Source of the DNA: Mustelus asterias
Lineage: Eukaryota
Reading direction: 5' to 3'
DNA length: 64,000 bases
Assembly: GCF_964213995.1 (NCBI RefSeq)
Contig: NC_135830.1
Coordinates: forward strand, 10,106,001 to 10,170,000
Positions 49,911 to 63,769 of the stretch are shown here, piece after piece (the first letter of the stretch is position 1; each line of letters starts with the position of its first letter). The notes below the pieces were generated by a model that saw only the letters and a list, made by a program, of their open reading frames with translations, made no database searches and was not told where the DNA came from. The translations under genes were made by a program, and so were the position numbers.

Positions 49911-50174
49911 ATCTCCACGCTGCCACTGGGTGACATCATCCAAAAGCACCGTGTTGGTTTTCACCTGTACACTGACAACACCCAGCTCTACCTCACCCCC
50001 ATCCCTCTCCATTCCTCCACTGTTACTAAATTATCAAACTGCTCATCTCACATTCAGTTCTGGATGAGCAGAAATTTCCTCCAATTAAAAATTGGAAAGA
50101 CCAGTCATCACTAAAAATTCTGTTCCCTCACTACTCAGAGTAAGTCATCCAATTAAGACAGCGATGAGAAGGAA

Positions 50175-51355
50175 TCTTACCCAGGCCCTCTCCCCCACTT
50201 ATACCTGTAACACATTTACCATTTCTAATCCATCTAACCTGCACAACTTGGGACACTAAGGGTCAATTTAGCGTGGCCAATCCACCTAACCTGCACATCT
50301 TCGGACTGTGGGAGTAGACCGGAGCACCCGGAGGAAACCCATGCAGACATGGGGATAATGTGCAAACTCCAGACAGATAGTCACCCGAGGCCAAAATTGA
50401 AACCAGGGCCCTGGTGCTGTGAGGAAACAATGCGAACCACTAATGCTAATTTTTTCACTATGAAACTTCTCTGAAATAACTTGGGGTGCTTTCATTCCCG
50501 CTATTTTCATTTTAGATCTATCAGTAATGGACTTGCTGCCGTCTGGAACAACACTGTTTTCAGCACTAAGGTTCCGCTGTGATGTAATAGTCTTCATGAC
50601 ATCATCGCAGCAGGACTGGATGACATCATCAGAGTCCATTGTTTCTGAATGATCCACATCAATAACAACAGGAAATACTCATCAAGCTGAGCACATTATC
50701 TAGGCTGACACTGCAGTCTGACATTGAGGGACTGCTGCACTCTGACACACACTGCCCTTCACATGGATTCACTCAGTCATCTCATTTACTGATAGAACAG
50801 CACAGTTAGACTAGGGGGGACAACACTCAGACACTTCACATGTGCAAAGGGATTTCCTTAGTTTTCCTCAGTGGCTAACACTCTGATTTTAAGAGCTCAA
50901 AGCATTTGATCCAATGCCAGCATTCTTATTGACAAGGGGCAGTTTAACTGTTGTGTCTATGGGGAAAACGTGCTGAGACCCCAATGCATTCACTTCTAAC
51001 TGTAGATGTTTGTTCTGTTGTCAATCAGACCCAGGACCGAACTGTGGTGGAGACCCTATGCTCATAGATTCAGAGAATTCCTACAGGAGGCCATTCAGCC
51101 CATTAAGTCTCTGCTGACATCAATCCTACCCATGCACTATCCCCATAACTCCAACTATTCACCCTGCTAATCCCCCTGACACTAAGGGGCACTTTAGCAT
51201 AGCCAATTAACCTAACCTGCACATCTTTGGACTGTGGGAGGAAACCCGCACAGACACGGGGAGAACATGCAAAGTCCACAGAGACAGTGACCCGAGGCCG
51301 GAATTGAACTTGATTCCCTGGCGCTGTGAGACAGCAGTGCTTGCAACTGTGCCAC
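50175..51355 (-). mobile_element. Two HE1-type V-SINEs (50175-50440, 51075-51355)
   Basis: Reverse-complement V-core and heads. Confidence 0.75.
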
Positions 51356-51484
51356 CCCAGTCCTTAGTTACTATATCACTCCTTAGTTCCACATGAATCA
51401 ATTTAATACATTTGTTATTGTGGCCCAATGGTACCAATCATATTCAGATCGCAAAGCATATTTTCTATTTAACAAAACCAGTGT

Positions 51485-51870
51485 GAATGGCGGGGTGATT
51501 ACCCAACATTCTCTGCGGGTGAGAATGTGCCCTATCCACATTACAGCACCGTTTTGCGCAAACGCGGTCCCTGGCTCAGACCGGAGCATGCGCAGTCCGG
51601 GCTGTGACTGGCGCTGCGAGGAGCCGGAAAGAAACAATGGAGTGAGGTTCAGTAATGGAGCCGCTGGGTGACCGGGGAGGGATAGAAGCAGCGGAGTGGG
51701 CCGGGAGGCTTCATAAATACCCCCTAGAGTCTTCAACCCAGAATAAAATGTTCCTGGTCCCGCTTCAATTGGTACCGAATAGAGTCGGTGCTGAGCGGCT
51801 CCAGGCCCGTGTCAGCGGCCGCCATCTTTACAGGAACAAAAATATTCAGCAGGGCGCATGCGCTGAGAGC
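51485..51870 (+). promoter_or_regulatory. ZNF promoter cassette copy
   Basis: AATGGCGGGGTGATTACCCAACATTCTCTGCGG (SBS-like), GGAGCATGCGCAGT ~51583, GGCCGCCATCTT ~51817, GCGCATGCGC ~51854. Confidence 0.7.
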
Positions 51871-53864
51871 CTGGACCAGTTACCAACTCTCCCGGGTTGG
51901 ACTGGAGTCTCCAGGAATTTTTTTATTCATTCAGAGAATGTTGGAGTCGCTGGCTGGACCAGTATTTATTGCCCATCCCTATTTGTCCTTCAACTGAGTG
52001 GCTTGCTAGACCATGTCACAGGGCATTTTAAGTGTCAACCACATAAAATCATAGAAACCCTACAGTGCAGAAAGAGGCCATTTGGCCCATCGAGTCTGCA
52101 CCGACCACAATCCCACCCAGGCCCTACCCCCATATCCCTACATATTTACCCGCTAATCCCTCTAACCTACGCATCTCAGTGGTTTGGAGTCATATTTAGG
52201 CCAGACCAGATAAGGATGGGAGATTTGTTTCCCAATGCATCCAGGGAATGTGGCTGCTACTGGCTGGGCCAGCATTTATTGCCCATCTTTATTTGCCCTT
52301 GAACTGAGTGCACTTCAGAGGGCATTTTAAGAGTCAACCAACCACACTGCTGTGGATCTGGAATCACATATAGACCTGACCAGGTCAGGCAGCAGATTTC
52401 CTTGACTCAAGGACATTAGTGAATCAGTTGGCTTTTTACAACAATCGACAATGTTTCATGGTCATCATTAGACTTTCAATTCCAGATATTTATTGAATTC
52501 AAATTTCACCATCTGCTGTAGTGGGATTCAAACCTCAGTCTCTAAAACATTCAGGACATTAAAAAAGATATCTTTTGTTGTCATTTTCCATTGAACATTT
52601 CTCTTCACCGGATATAAAAATATTGAAAATGGATAAAAGTTGTTTGCCTAACTATCAATCATTATGCTATAGGGTGAGGAGTCTTTTTTGCTTTCCAATT
52701 GGCCCAGGAAGGCAGTGGGGAAGGATGTGTTGACTGATTAGTGGTTGGAGGATGGGCACAATAGAAAAGACGTGGTAAAACTTCCAGGAAACATTTAATC
52801 ACAATTGGCAACTCGGAGGAGAGAATGTTGTGAATTTCTATCCTGGACTGACTGTGATGGTTTCTGTAAATTTACAGGGTGCTGGAAGTAGAGAATTGAC
52901 AGACAGGAAACTCAAATCAAACATCACATCGTGATCTGATGGAGTCACGCAATACATCAGAACCTGAATATCAGCAGCATCTGAATGTGGAAGGTAACAG
53001 GTTTGTCGGTTCTGTCTGTGAGAGAAGATTTTGGATTTCAGTGTGACTGGAAAGGCCCCGAGATTCACAAACCCTGGTTAGACCACACCGGGAGAACTGT
53101 GCTCAGTTCCGGGCAACAGGACATAATGGCCTTGGAGAGGGTGTAGAACGATGTACCTGAGTGATATCTGAACTCCCAGGGTTAAATTAGGTGAGATTAC
53201 AGGAAAATGTCATTCTGACATTTTCCTGTAATCAGATGAGGCCATTCAGCCCATTGGGTCCATGCGAGCTGTCTAGAGCAATCCAGTCAGTCCCATTCCC
53301 CTGCTCTCTCCTCATATCTTTGCAGCTTTATTTTCCTTACGTGTCTATCCAATGTCCGTTTAAAATTATTCATTGTGTCCATCTCCACCCCACTCATTGG
53401 CAGCAAGTTTCAGGTCATTACCACTTGCTGTGTAAAAGCATTCTTCCTCACATCTCCTGTGCCTTTTATATGCAAATTAGGAGCAGGAGCAGGCCACTTG
53501 TTCCCTCGAGTCTGCTCCAGCCTGTGGCTGGTTAAATTTTAACCTCAACTTCACATTCCTGCCTACTCCCAATAACCTTCCACCCCCTTGCTTATCAAGA
53601 ATCTATCCAGTTCTGCCTTAAAGATATTCAAGGACTCTGCCTCAACCACTTTTTCCGAGAACCGGACCCACACATTACCAGATTCATTCAGCTCAATTTC
53701 ACAATCTGCCTTTGTGTTTTAATGGTTTTCTCTCACTCCCTTTTTTTGTGTTTTAGATCAATTTCACAGGGGAATTGCAGTCCAGAAGCTCGAACAAAAG
53801 ATAACATCAGTATTGGACAGAGTCGCTCAATTTATTCTGAACTGAATATCATCAGATTTTAAAC

Positions 53865-54987
53865 ATGGAAGGAAAAAGCACCGTTCACAGTGGAGAGAAG
53901 CCGTACACATGTTGTGTGTGTGCACAAGGCTTCAGCCAATCACCTGGCCTGTCAAACCACAAGTGCAGTCAAACTAAGGAGAAACCATGGAAATGTGAGG
54001 ACTGTGGGAAAGGATTCATTTCCCCGTCCAAGCTGGAAACACATCGCCGCAGCCACACTGGGGAGAGGCCTTTCGCCTGTTGTGTGTGTGGGAAGGGATT
54101 CATTCAGTTATCCGACCTTTCCAAACACCAGCGAGTTCACTCCAGCGAGAGACCATTCACCTGCTCCGAGTGTGGGAAAGGATTCAGTATTTCAGCCGAA
54201 CTGTTGAGTCACCAGCGAGTTCACACTGACGAAAGACCTTTTAAATGTCCAGCCTGTGGGAGGTGTTTTAAAAGTTCTGGGGTACTGATGTCCCATCAAC
54301 GTCTTCACACTGATGAGAAACCGTTCATGTGCTCTCACTGTGGGACTGGGTTCAGACGATCATCTCAACTCATTGTACATCAGCGAGTTCACACAGGGGA
54401 GAGACCATTCAGGTGCTCTCACTGTGGGACTGGGTTCAGGCGATCATCTGTGCTCACTGTACATCAGTGAATTCACACTGGGGAGAGGCCGTTCACCTGC
54501 TCCAACTGTGGGAAGGGATTCACCCAGTCATCAGACCTGCTGAAACACCAGCGAATCCACTCTGGGGAAAGGCTGTTTACCTGCTCTGTGTGTGGGAAAG
54601 GATTCACTCAGTCATCTGGCCTGCTGAAACATCAGAGAGTTCACTCTGCGGTGAGGCCATTCACCTGCTGTGAGTGTGGGAAGGGATTTACTACATCAAC
54701 CATTCTGCTGAACACACCAGCGAGTTCACAATGACGAGAGACCTTTTAAATGCCCAGACTGTGGGAAGTGCTATAAAAGTTCTGGGGAACTGATGTTCCA
54801 TCAACGTATTCACACTGAGGAGAGACCATTCAGGTGCTCTCACTGTGGGACTGGGTTCAGGCAATCTTCTCAACTCACTGTACACCAGAGAATTCACACC
54901 GGGGAGAGACCATTCACTTGCTCTGAATGTGGGAAGAGATTCATGACTTCATTGCACCTGCTCAGACACCAGAGACTTCACAAGTAA
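53865..54987 (+). pseudogene. C2H2 ZNF gene with nonsense codon (54468-54470) and +1 frameshift (~54711); may yield a truncated 201-aa product
   Basis: [14 protein letters not shown] start; CAG TGA ATT CAC in place of HQRIH; CTGCTGAACACACCAG has an extra A; array ends HQRLHK* at 54987. Confidence 0.8.
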
Positions 54988-55249
54988 CTGTAGTGATTGA
55001 ATTTTGCTGTCAGTGACATTCAGGACTAAACCATGTTCATTAGGGTCTGTTTACACTGGTAATAAACCCCAGCCACTTACAGGGGCTAATATTCTCACTA
55101 AAAGTCAAATAAATCAGTTTTGTGTTGAATATACGCATTGTGTTGAATCTTTTCGATATCTCTCTCGCAATTCAGATCCTTTTGAAGAGCTCCCCCACTC
55201 CCCTGTCTCCTCAATCCTCATCTCCAACAAGTTAGACTATTAGAACATA

Positions 55250-56230
55250 TGTAAGAATCCCTACAATGCAGAAGGAGGCCATTTGGCCCATGGAGTCTGC
55301 ACCGACTCTCCAAAAGAGCTTCTTACCCAAGTCCACACCCACCCCCTGCCCAATACCCATAACCCCGCAAGTCTACCATGGCTAATCCCTCTAAGATACA
55401 CATTTTGGACACTAAGAGGCAATTTAACATGGCCAATCCACTTAACCCACACATCTTTGGACTGTGGGAGGAAACTAGATCACCTGGGGAAACCCACGCA
55501 GACAGGTGGAGTATGAGGATTTCATGGAGCTTCTTTGTCACTAAGATTGAGACAATCTGATCAGCTGCCTCTCCCTTCCACAAGGCCAAACTCTCTCTAA
55601 ATTTCACCCTTTCCTGAGGCCTGAACCCACATCTTTCTCTAGTTTCTCTTCTATTGGGCCTCTTCGGGCTCATTTTGCCCATGAGCCCCACCTCCTGCTC
55701 CATCGACCCTATTCCCACTAAACTACTGATCTCCTACTTCCCTGTGTCCGCGGACATTGTCAATGATTCTCTCAGGTACTGTCCCTCTTTCAAATTTGCC
55801 GCCAGTACACCCTTGTCAAAAAACAAAGCCTTGACCCCACCATCCTTACAATCTACTCCCCATCTCCAGTCTCCCTTCCCTCTCCAAACTGCAGTGTTTA
55901 AACTAACACAAGACATACTAACACAAGGGCAGCATGCAGGCACAGTAGTTAGCACTGCTGCCTCTCAGCGCCAGGGACCCGGATTCAATTCCCGGCTTGG
56001 GTCACTGTCTGTGTGGAGTTTGTACATTCTCCCTGTGTCTGCGTGGGTTTCCTCCGGCTGCTCCGGTCTCCTCCCACAGTCCAAAGATGTGCTGGTTAGG
56101 TTGATTGGGCCATGCTAAATCGACCCTAATTTCAGGGAGATTGGCAGTGTAAATAGATGTGGGGTTGTGGGGATAGGGTGGGATTGTTGTCAGTGCAGGC
56201 TCGATGGGCTGAATGGCCTCCTCCTGTACT
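55250..56230. mobile_element. HE1 V-SINEs (55250-55505 -, 55928-56230 +) with L2 remnant between
   Basis: Sequence match to other copies. Confidence 0.7.
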
Positions 56231-56563
56231 GGGTTTTCACAATCCCATTATAAACAATGTCAAATCTTATTTAAGAACACAGTTAACATATAATAAGAAA
56301 ATTAGCATAATTTTTATCAATTACAAAAAAAGAACAACCATGATATTGTATAAACCTGAACATCCAAGTGTACTGTTCCAAATCAAACAACCCCACAAAC
56401 AAATATCTGTTACTTAATGTTTGGGAAACAAGAATATGGTCCTGAAACAGACAATATAAACCTTACTGGAACCACACACAGACACAGCAAGATCCCAATC
56501 TTTATCTGCATGATCAGCTCCAAACAGCAAGATCCCAACCTACACCCCAAAGCCGAACCCTAA

Positions 56564-56672
56564 CACTTCACTCGAACCAACACCTCACTCGACCCAACAC
56601 CTCACTCGAACCAACACTTCACTCGAACCAACACCTCACTCGAACCAACACCTCACTCGAACCAACACCTCA
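56564..56672. repeat. 17-bp tandem repeat x6 (CAC(C/T)TCACTCGAACCAA)
   Basis: Direct inspection. Confidence 0.9.
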
Positions 56673-57036
56673 CCCTCCCTAATATCTCACCTTAACTAAT
56701 ACCTCACCCTAACCCTGGATGTGGTTCCAAACAGTACATTGGATTTATTATGAGTTAAAAAGGAAATTAATATTTTGACAAACTTCCCACGCCTTTGGTA
56801 AATGACAATTTCTCCATCATCCCTCTCCTGACCTTTNNNNNNNNNNNNNNNNNNNNNNNNNNNNNNNNNNNNNNNNNNNNNNNNNNNNNNNNNNNNNNNN
56901 NNNNNNNNNNNNNNNNNNNNNNNNNNNNNNNNNNNNNNNNNNNNNNNNNNNNNNNNNNNNNNNNNNNNNNNNNNNNNNNNNNNNNNNNNNNNNNNNNNNN
57001 NNNNNNNNNNNNNNNNNNNNNNNNNNNNNNNNNNNN

Positions 57037-57732
57037 GAGGGGAGGGGGGGGGTGAGGAGAGGGGGGGGGGAGGGGGGGGGGTGAGGGGAGGGGGGGGAGG
57101 GGGGGGGTGAGGGGAGGGGGGGGGGAGGGGGGGGAGGGGGGGGTGAGGGGAGGGGGGGGAGGGGAGGGGGGGTGAGGGGAGGGGGGGGTGAGGGGAGGGG
57201 AGGGGGGGGTGAGGGGAGGGGGGGGTGAGGGGAGGGGGGGTGAGGGGAGGGGAGGGGGGGTGAGGGGAGGGGGGTGGTGAGGGGAGGGGGGGGGGGAGGG
57301 GAGGGGAGGGTGAGGGAGGGGGGGTGAGGGGAGGGGGGGGAGGGAGGGGAGGGGGGGTGAGGGGAGGGGGGGTGAGGGGAGGGGGGGGGGGGGGTGAGGG
57401 GAGGGGGGGAGGGGGGGGGAGGGGAGGGGGGGGTGAGGGGAGGGGGGGTGAGGGGAGGGGGGGAGGGGGGGGGGGAGGGGAGGGGGGGTGAGGGGAGGGG
57501 AGGGGGGGGGAGGGGAGGGGGGGAGGGGAGGGGGGGGGAGGGGGGGTGAGGGGAGGGGGGGGTGAGGGGAGGGGAGGGGGGGGAGGGGAGGGGGGGGAGG
57601 GGGGGGGAAGGGAGGGGGGGGGGAGGGGAGGGGGGGGTGAGGGGAGGGGAGGGGGGGGTGGGGGAGGGGAGGGGGGGTGAGGGGAGGGGAGGGGGGTGAG
57701 GTGAGGGGAGGGGAGGGGGTGAGGGGAGGTGG
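57037..57732. repeat. G-rich low-complexity tract (GGGGTGAGGGGA)n next to an N gap
   Basis: Direct inspection; N run 56837-57036. Confidence 0.9.
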
Positions 57733-57927
57733 TCACTAATCCTCCCCCTCCCCATTCTGAGACCCACACCCGAAGCAGGATGAACCGAAGAGGCCGGGAG
57801 GTGAATCGATAACCTCGAGGTGAGTGAGGAAACAGTCAGTGTGAGTTTGATGCTGCTGTGAAGAATGTGTCATGTCTTTTCACTGATTCTGTAACTGTGG
57901 AAATAAAGAGTTTCAGCAAAATGGGAT

Positions 57928-58075
57928 AAAAGCAAATTACTGCGGATGCTGGAATCTGAAACCAAAAGAGAAAAAGGTTTGTCAAAGGGTCATCCAGACT
58001 CGAAACATCAGCTCTTTTCTCTCCTGACAGATGCTGCTAGACCTGCTGAGATTTTCCAGTGTTTTCTCTATTGCT
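57928..58075. mobile_element. Family-2 short repeat with inverted 5' piece
   Basis: AAAGCAAATTACTGCGGATGCTGGAATCTGAAACCAAAAGAG (reverse 3' end) joined to TTTGTCAAAGGGTCATCCAGACTCGAAACATCAGCTC. Confidence 0.65.
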
Positions 58076-59037
58076 TTCAGCAAAACGGGGCCTCTGTAAA
58101 ATGACAGCAGACAAAACCGAGACTCAGATTTCACTGACTCCACCAGCTTAAAACTCTCCTGTTCCACTTTAAACTCTGCAGCACTCTCACCTTTTCTCTC
58201 CCACAATATTCAGGCTTCAGTAACCCGAGCTGGTGGTTAAATAACCGTTCCCTATTTGCTGACTCATTTCACCATCACTCCTATTCTTCCAGCGCAATCC
58301 CAATCCCCACTTCCACTGCTGAAGAACACTAACAGACATCCCTCCCTCCGTGTTCAACTCTTCAATGTTCACCTTTTCAGTTGGGAAGGGTTTCAATTGA
58401 GAATCATAGCACATCCCATTTCCACCTCCTCGTGGTGTCTGGACCAGATCAGGTGAATTTTCCACTAAAAGCTCTGTTTAATCCTTCTCCCCAAAGTCCA
58501 GCATCTACAAGGCACAACTCTCGTGTCCAATTGAATAAGCTCCAATTTTCTGACTTAGTGCAGCTCCAACAACTCAGGAAGCTCAACACCATCCAAGACA
58601 AAGCAGCTTGATTGGCAATCCTCCTACAAACATCTACTCCCTCCAACACTGACTCACATGGCAGCTGTGTGTACCACCTACAAGATGCACTGCAAGCACT
58701 CACCAAGGCTTCTTTGACAGCATGTTGCAAACCCGCAACCTCTAGCCCCTTGGAGAAGGGCAGCAAATGCCTGGGAACATCATCACCTGCACGTTCCCCT
58801 CCAAGTCACTCACCATCTATACTCAGAGATTGATCACAATGTGAAATTCACTGCCACAGGAACTAGCTGGACAACTCATAGTTTAAAAGGAAATGTGATG
58901 AGTACATGAGGGAAAGGAGATTAGAAAGATGAGCTGAAAGGCTGAAATGAGGGAGATGGAATGGGAGGTGTCTTGTGTGAAATATAAACCCCAGCACAGA
59001 CTAGTTAAAACGAACAATGTCTTTCTGGTCTGGATAT

Positions 59038-59350
59038 TCATAGAATCCCTACAGTGCAGAAGGAGGCCATTCGGCCCATTGAGTCTGCACCCACCACAAT
59101 CCCACCCAGGCCCTCTCCCCATAACCTCGTGCATTTACCCTAGCTAGCCCCCCTGACACTCAGGACAATTTAGCATGGCCAATCCACCTAACCCACACAT
59201 CTTTGGACTGTGGAAGGAAACCGGAGCAAACCCATGCAGACACGGGGAGAATGTGCAAACTCCACACAGACAGTGACCCAAGCCGGGATTCGAACCCGGG
59301 ACCCTGGCATTGTGAGTCAGCAGTGCTAACCACTGTGTCACCGTGTCGCC
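59038..59350 (-). mobile_element. HE1-type V-SINE
   Basis: Reverse complement of the HE1 consensus. Confidence 0.8.
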
Positions 59351-60639
59351 CAAGAATGAGAGAATTCTCTGTGATTCAATGTAATCTCTGACCGGTTCTT
59401 GATCAGTAAGTTCCACCATTTGCACTGCACCGGTCAGAGTATAACCTGATGCTGAGTAATCACACTGAGATTCTGTCATGTGTAAAATTACAAATTGCAA
59501 CATTGTCATTGAAATTGGTGCACAGAAATTTTCATCAATCAGATCCACTCTCAAAAATGTTCTCCCAAACAACGCACTCTCTCAGATCTTTTCAGCAAGG
59601 ATCCACTTCCAGGATTTCAATCTCTCCTTTCACTATTCTTCTGCCTCAGATTATCACATGCACTCAAGCTTCCACACAATCTCTCAGGTACCCAGCCATA
59701 TCAACAGAACACCACTGTTTCACAGGTAGTACCAAAGTCCCAACCTTAGGATTACTTCAGATTCTGGCTTTTTGCCAGCCAACTTCACCAGGTGTGTTGC
59801 CTTGAACTGGAAGCCTCTCTCTACCCCTTTCTTTAACTTCAGGGAACAGTATCTTGTTCAGATTCCCTTTGACTTCAGTTTTCCTCAGACTTTTTTCATT
59901 CCCTGGTTTCTGGAACTATCTGTTCTTCAACTTCTGGGACTTTCTTTCTTGCCCTTACTCCATTGTTCTGCCTAATGGTTCTGGCAGTTTCCTCTTCAGC
60001 TAACTCAAAAATTATTTCTGACCCAAAATGGCCACTGGTTGCCAAGTCTTTCCTTACCTCGTCTTTCCTTATGTGTGTTTTCACATTGTAAACTCTCTGA
60101 ATACAATACAGGCACAGTTTGAAATGAAACCAAAACCCCATACATGCAAACACCTTTATTTAACATTAATCTATGAAAGTTTTAACCCTTCTGTATACAG
60201 AAACACCGAATTAAACTCACTTAAATGTATATCTTATTTCTAATATCCAACAATAAAAATATAGGTTACTAAATCGACTGCTTGACAGAGAGAAACTAAA
60301 GAAAGATGAGTTTAGGGTTGGGCAAATTGTTAGACACAGTTTGACCCAATGGAAGCGAGGGAAACAGCAGAGGCAGCTGATCAGACTGTCTCAATCTTAG
60401 TGACAAAGGAGCTCCATGAGCTCCTCAGACTTGCTGTTGTAGGTGAGGATGGAGGAGAGAGGGAGGATCCTTCAAAAGGAACTAAAACAGAAAATGCTGG
60501 AACGGTATGTGTTGTCTGCAAAGCGCACAATAAACAATACTTTTCACTGGATCCCAATCCATGCGACAATAATAAATCAAACAAAAAATCAGATCAAAAT
60601 AAGATACTGCAGATACTGGAAATCGAACCTCAAAACTGA

Positions 60640-60895
60640 GTGGATCTCTTCCCAAACTCAGAGCAGGTGAATAGCCTCTCCCCAGTGTGAACTCGCTGGT
60701 GTACAGGGATTCCCTGAACCACGTCTCACAGTAAAAGCAGCTGAATGGTCTCTCATCAGTGTGAACACGTTGATGAGACATCAGTTCTCTACAGCTTTTA
60801 TAGCAGTTCTCACAGTCTTGGCATTTAAAAGGTCTCTCCCCAGTGTGAAGCGGGGGTGGTTGGAGGGTAGATTATGGAGTGAATCCCTTCCAAAA
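60640..60895 (-). pseudogene. C2H2 ZNF relic
   Basis: Reverse reads [42 protein letters not shown]..; truncated. Confidence 0.7.
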
Positions 60896-61408
60896 GTGTC
60901 CTGGACCAGAACCCATAAATTATGTTCGGAAGCCAGATTAGATCCAAACAAAGTTTTCTATTTTGGCATAAATGTGAGGATAGGATGCTTCACTCCAGGA
61001 GTAATTCCACTGACAAATTAGGAATCTTTCATGGTAAAACAAACTTTATTTAACAACAGCTTAAATATAATTCCAAAAAATGAAGCAGCTTAACTATTAA
61101 CAGTTGAACAATATTTAAAAGTGAAAGGAAACAACTTTAATTTCTAATTTAGCACAATTTCAGTTCCAAATATGCAACATTCCTCAGAGATGTAGATCCC
61201 ACTTCAATTACAGTTAGAAACCATAAATATACTTGCTATAATGAGTATAGACTGTCCTGAAGTTTCAGAGAGAAGACAAGTCTTAGAGCAGCTTGTAGAA
61301 ACCCTCCATCTTCAAACAGCCCCCGGTGTGCTTCCAGCTCTGACAGGTAACTGAAACTCTCCTCACAGTCTGCACATTTTCATGGTTTCTCCCTAATTTG
61401 AAATCCAA

Positions 61409-62248
61409 TCACAACTTGTGAATTCGCTGGTGCGTCAGAAGATTCGATGAGGTAACGTATCCCTTCCCACACTGCAAGCAGGTGAATGGCCTCTCCCCAG
61501 TGTGAACCCGCTGATGTATTGCTAGTTTAGACGTCTGATTGAATCCCTTCTCACACACAGAGCAGATGAATGGCCTCTCCTCTGTGTGGATTCGCTGGTG
61601 TATTGCTCGGTTGGATGAGTGATTGAATCCTTTCCCACACACAGAGCAGATGAATGGTTTCTCCCCAGTGTGAACTCGCTGGTGTGTCAGCAGAGTTGAT
61701 GACCGACTGAATCCTTTCCCACACACAGAGCAGGTGAATGGCCTCTCCCCAGTGTGAATTCGCTGGTGTGTGAACAAGGTGGCTGACTGAGCAAATCCCT
61801 TTCCACACTGGGAACAGGTGAATGGCCTCTCCCCAGTGTGAACTCGCTGGTGTTTCAATAAAGTAGATGAGTCAGCAAATCCCTTCCCACACTGGGAGCA
61901 AGTGAATGGCCTCTCCTGAGTGTGAGTTCGCTGGTGTATCAGCAGAGTGGATGAGTGAGAAAATCTCTTCCCACATTCAGAGCAGGTGAACGGTTTCACC
62001 CCAGTGTGAACACGCTGGTGTATTGCTAGGTTGGATGACTGATTGAATCCCTTCCCACATTGGGAGCAGGTAAACGGCCTCTCCTCAGCATGAGTCCTCT
62101 GGTGTATATGTAAGCTGGATAACTGAGTGAATCCCTTCCCACACTGAGAGCAAGTGAATGGCCTCTCCCCAGTGTGACTGCGTCGATGAGTTTCCAGCAG
62201 GGATGGGTAATTGAATTCCTTCCCACAATCCTCACACTTCCATGCCAT
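61409..62248 (-). CDS. C2H2 zinc-finger protein (10 fingers)
   Basis: Intact [15 protein letters not shown]...HQRIHKL*; acceptor TTTCACAG at 62473; upstream finger carries a stop. Confidence 0.9.
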   Translation of the reverse strand: MAWKCEDCGKEFNYPSLLETHRRSHTGERPFTCSQCGKGFTQLSSLHIHQRTHAEERPFTCSQCGKGFNQSSNLAIHQRVHTGVKPFTCSECGKRFSHSSTLLIHQRTHTQERPFTCSQCGKGFADSSTLLKHQRVHTGERPFTCSQCGKGFAQSATLFTHQRIHTGERPFTCSVCGKGFSRSSTLLTHQRVHTGEKPFICSVCGKGFNHSSNRAIHQRIHTEERPFICSVCEKGFNQTSKLAIHQRVHTGERPFTCLQCGKGYVTSSNLLTHQRIHKL

Positions 62249-63769
62249 CTCCCTGTTGTGACTGCAATTATGTTTCCAAAGGCCAGATGATTGGTTGAAG
62301 TCTTATCCACAAACAGAACACATGTACAGTTTCTCTCCACTGTGAACGGTGCTTTTTTCTTCCAATTTCAAAATACAATGATATTCAGGTTACAGTAAAT
62401 TGGCCGACTCATCAGATTCTGATATCATGTTTTGTTTCAGTTTCTCAACTGCAAATCTTCTTCTTGTAAACCCTGTGAAATTGATTTAAAACAGAAAAAA
62501 GTGAGTGAGAAAGAACCCACAAAAACACAAAGGTGGGTTGTGGAATTGAGCTGAATGCATCTGCTAATTTGTGGGGCCGCGGTGAGGAAAGGGTAACCAA
62601 GAAAGCTGCTGGATTGTCATACAAACCCAGCTGGTTCACTGATATCCTTCAGGGAATGAAACCTGCCAGAAGGTCTGGGTCTACACAAGACTTTGGGAGG
62701 AGATAGAGAGAAGTAGGAGTGGCCGGGGTGAAGGCAAGGGATTTTATACATCTACAACTTGACAAGAACTTTGACAGAATCTCACAAACCCTCAACTCCA
62801 CCAACTCGAAGGACCAAGATAGCAGATGGATATAAACACCATCACCTCCGAGTTCCTCCAACCCACACACCATCCTGACTTATCTGACTTCCAGTACTAA
62901 ACGAACAGAAATTTATTTCATATAAATACTGGGAAGACTGAACCCACTGTCTTCAGTCCCCTCTCCAAACTCCACTCCCTCGCCAACAACTCTATCCCTC
63001 TTCCTGGCAACATGTCTGACCTGAACCAGGCTGTTCACAATCCTGGTGAAATATTTCACCCAAAGATGAGCTTCCAGCCACATATCCAGATCATCATCAC
63101 TATTTCCATCTCAGTGACATCGCCCGACTCCACCCCAGTCTCAGCTCATCTGGAATTCTCATCCATTCCATTGTGATGTGAAACTCAGGGGAATGGGAAT
63201 ATAGAGGGGGAATGGGACTGGCTGAATTGCTCCAAAGAGGGTTGGCATGGATTTGAGTTGCCAAATGGATTCCTTCTATGTTGTAATGTCTCCATCAGTG
63301 GAAATAGGTAACGTTGACACAGTGCCTTTTATATATCAAGACAAGAAATAGGGAATCATAAATAACATAGCACGTACCATATAACTACATTAAACATATC
63401 TCTGTCCCAAGCGAATTTACTGTTCATTTAAACTGCCTTCTCCTGGGAAAACTCCCCCTTTAATTGTGAACATTAGGTAAGAGGCTATCCTATTAGCCAG
63501 ATAAATAGGTGCGACATCCTGAGGGAGTCAAAAGATGTCAATATCTTTGAGAGAGAAAGAAAAATATACCTGGGTCTCGTCCTGCTCCTAATGCCCGATG
63601 TTCGTCTGTAATAGTTCCAGTCTGCAGCCTCCCTAAATTCACTTCCTCTCCCTTCAGTTGCTGCAAGTGCCCAATTTCCCCCAGAATGAGAAAAGAAATG
63701 GAAAGGGGGAAACATTGATTTCCTCCCAGATGTTACACAGAGGAGGGAGTTTCACTCTGAAAATCATCA

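Larger units (their letters stand above)
49425..50100 (+). mobile_element. L2-like LINE RT fragment split by the tRNA+SINE insertion
   Basis: VPRGSVLGP(L)LFLI at 49431-49472 continues LPLGDIIQKHRVGFHLYTDNTQLYL from ~49914. Confidence 0.7.

Noticed and set aside
56696-57769. Extensin-like proline-rich ORFs
   Set aside because: Translation of a G-rich simple repeat spanning a gap
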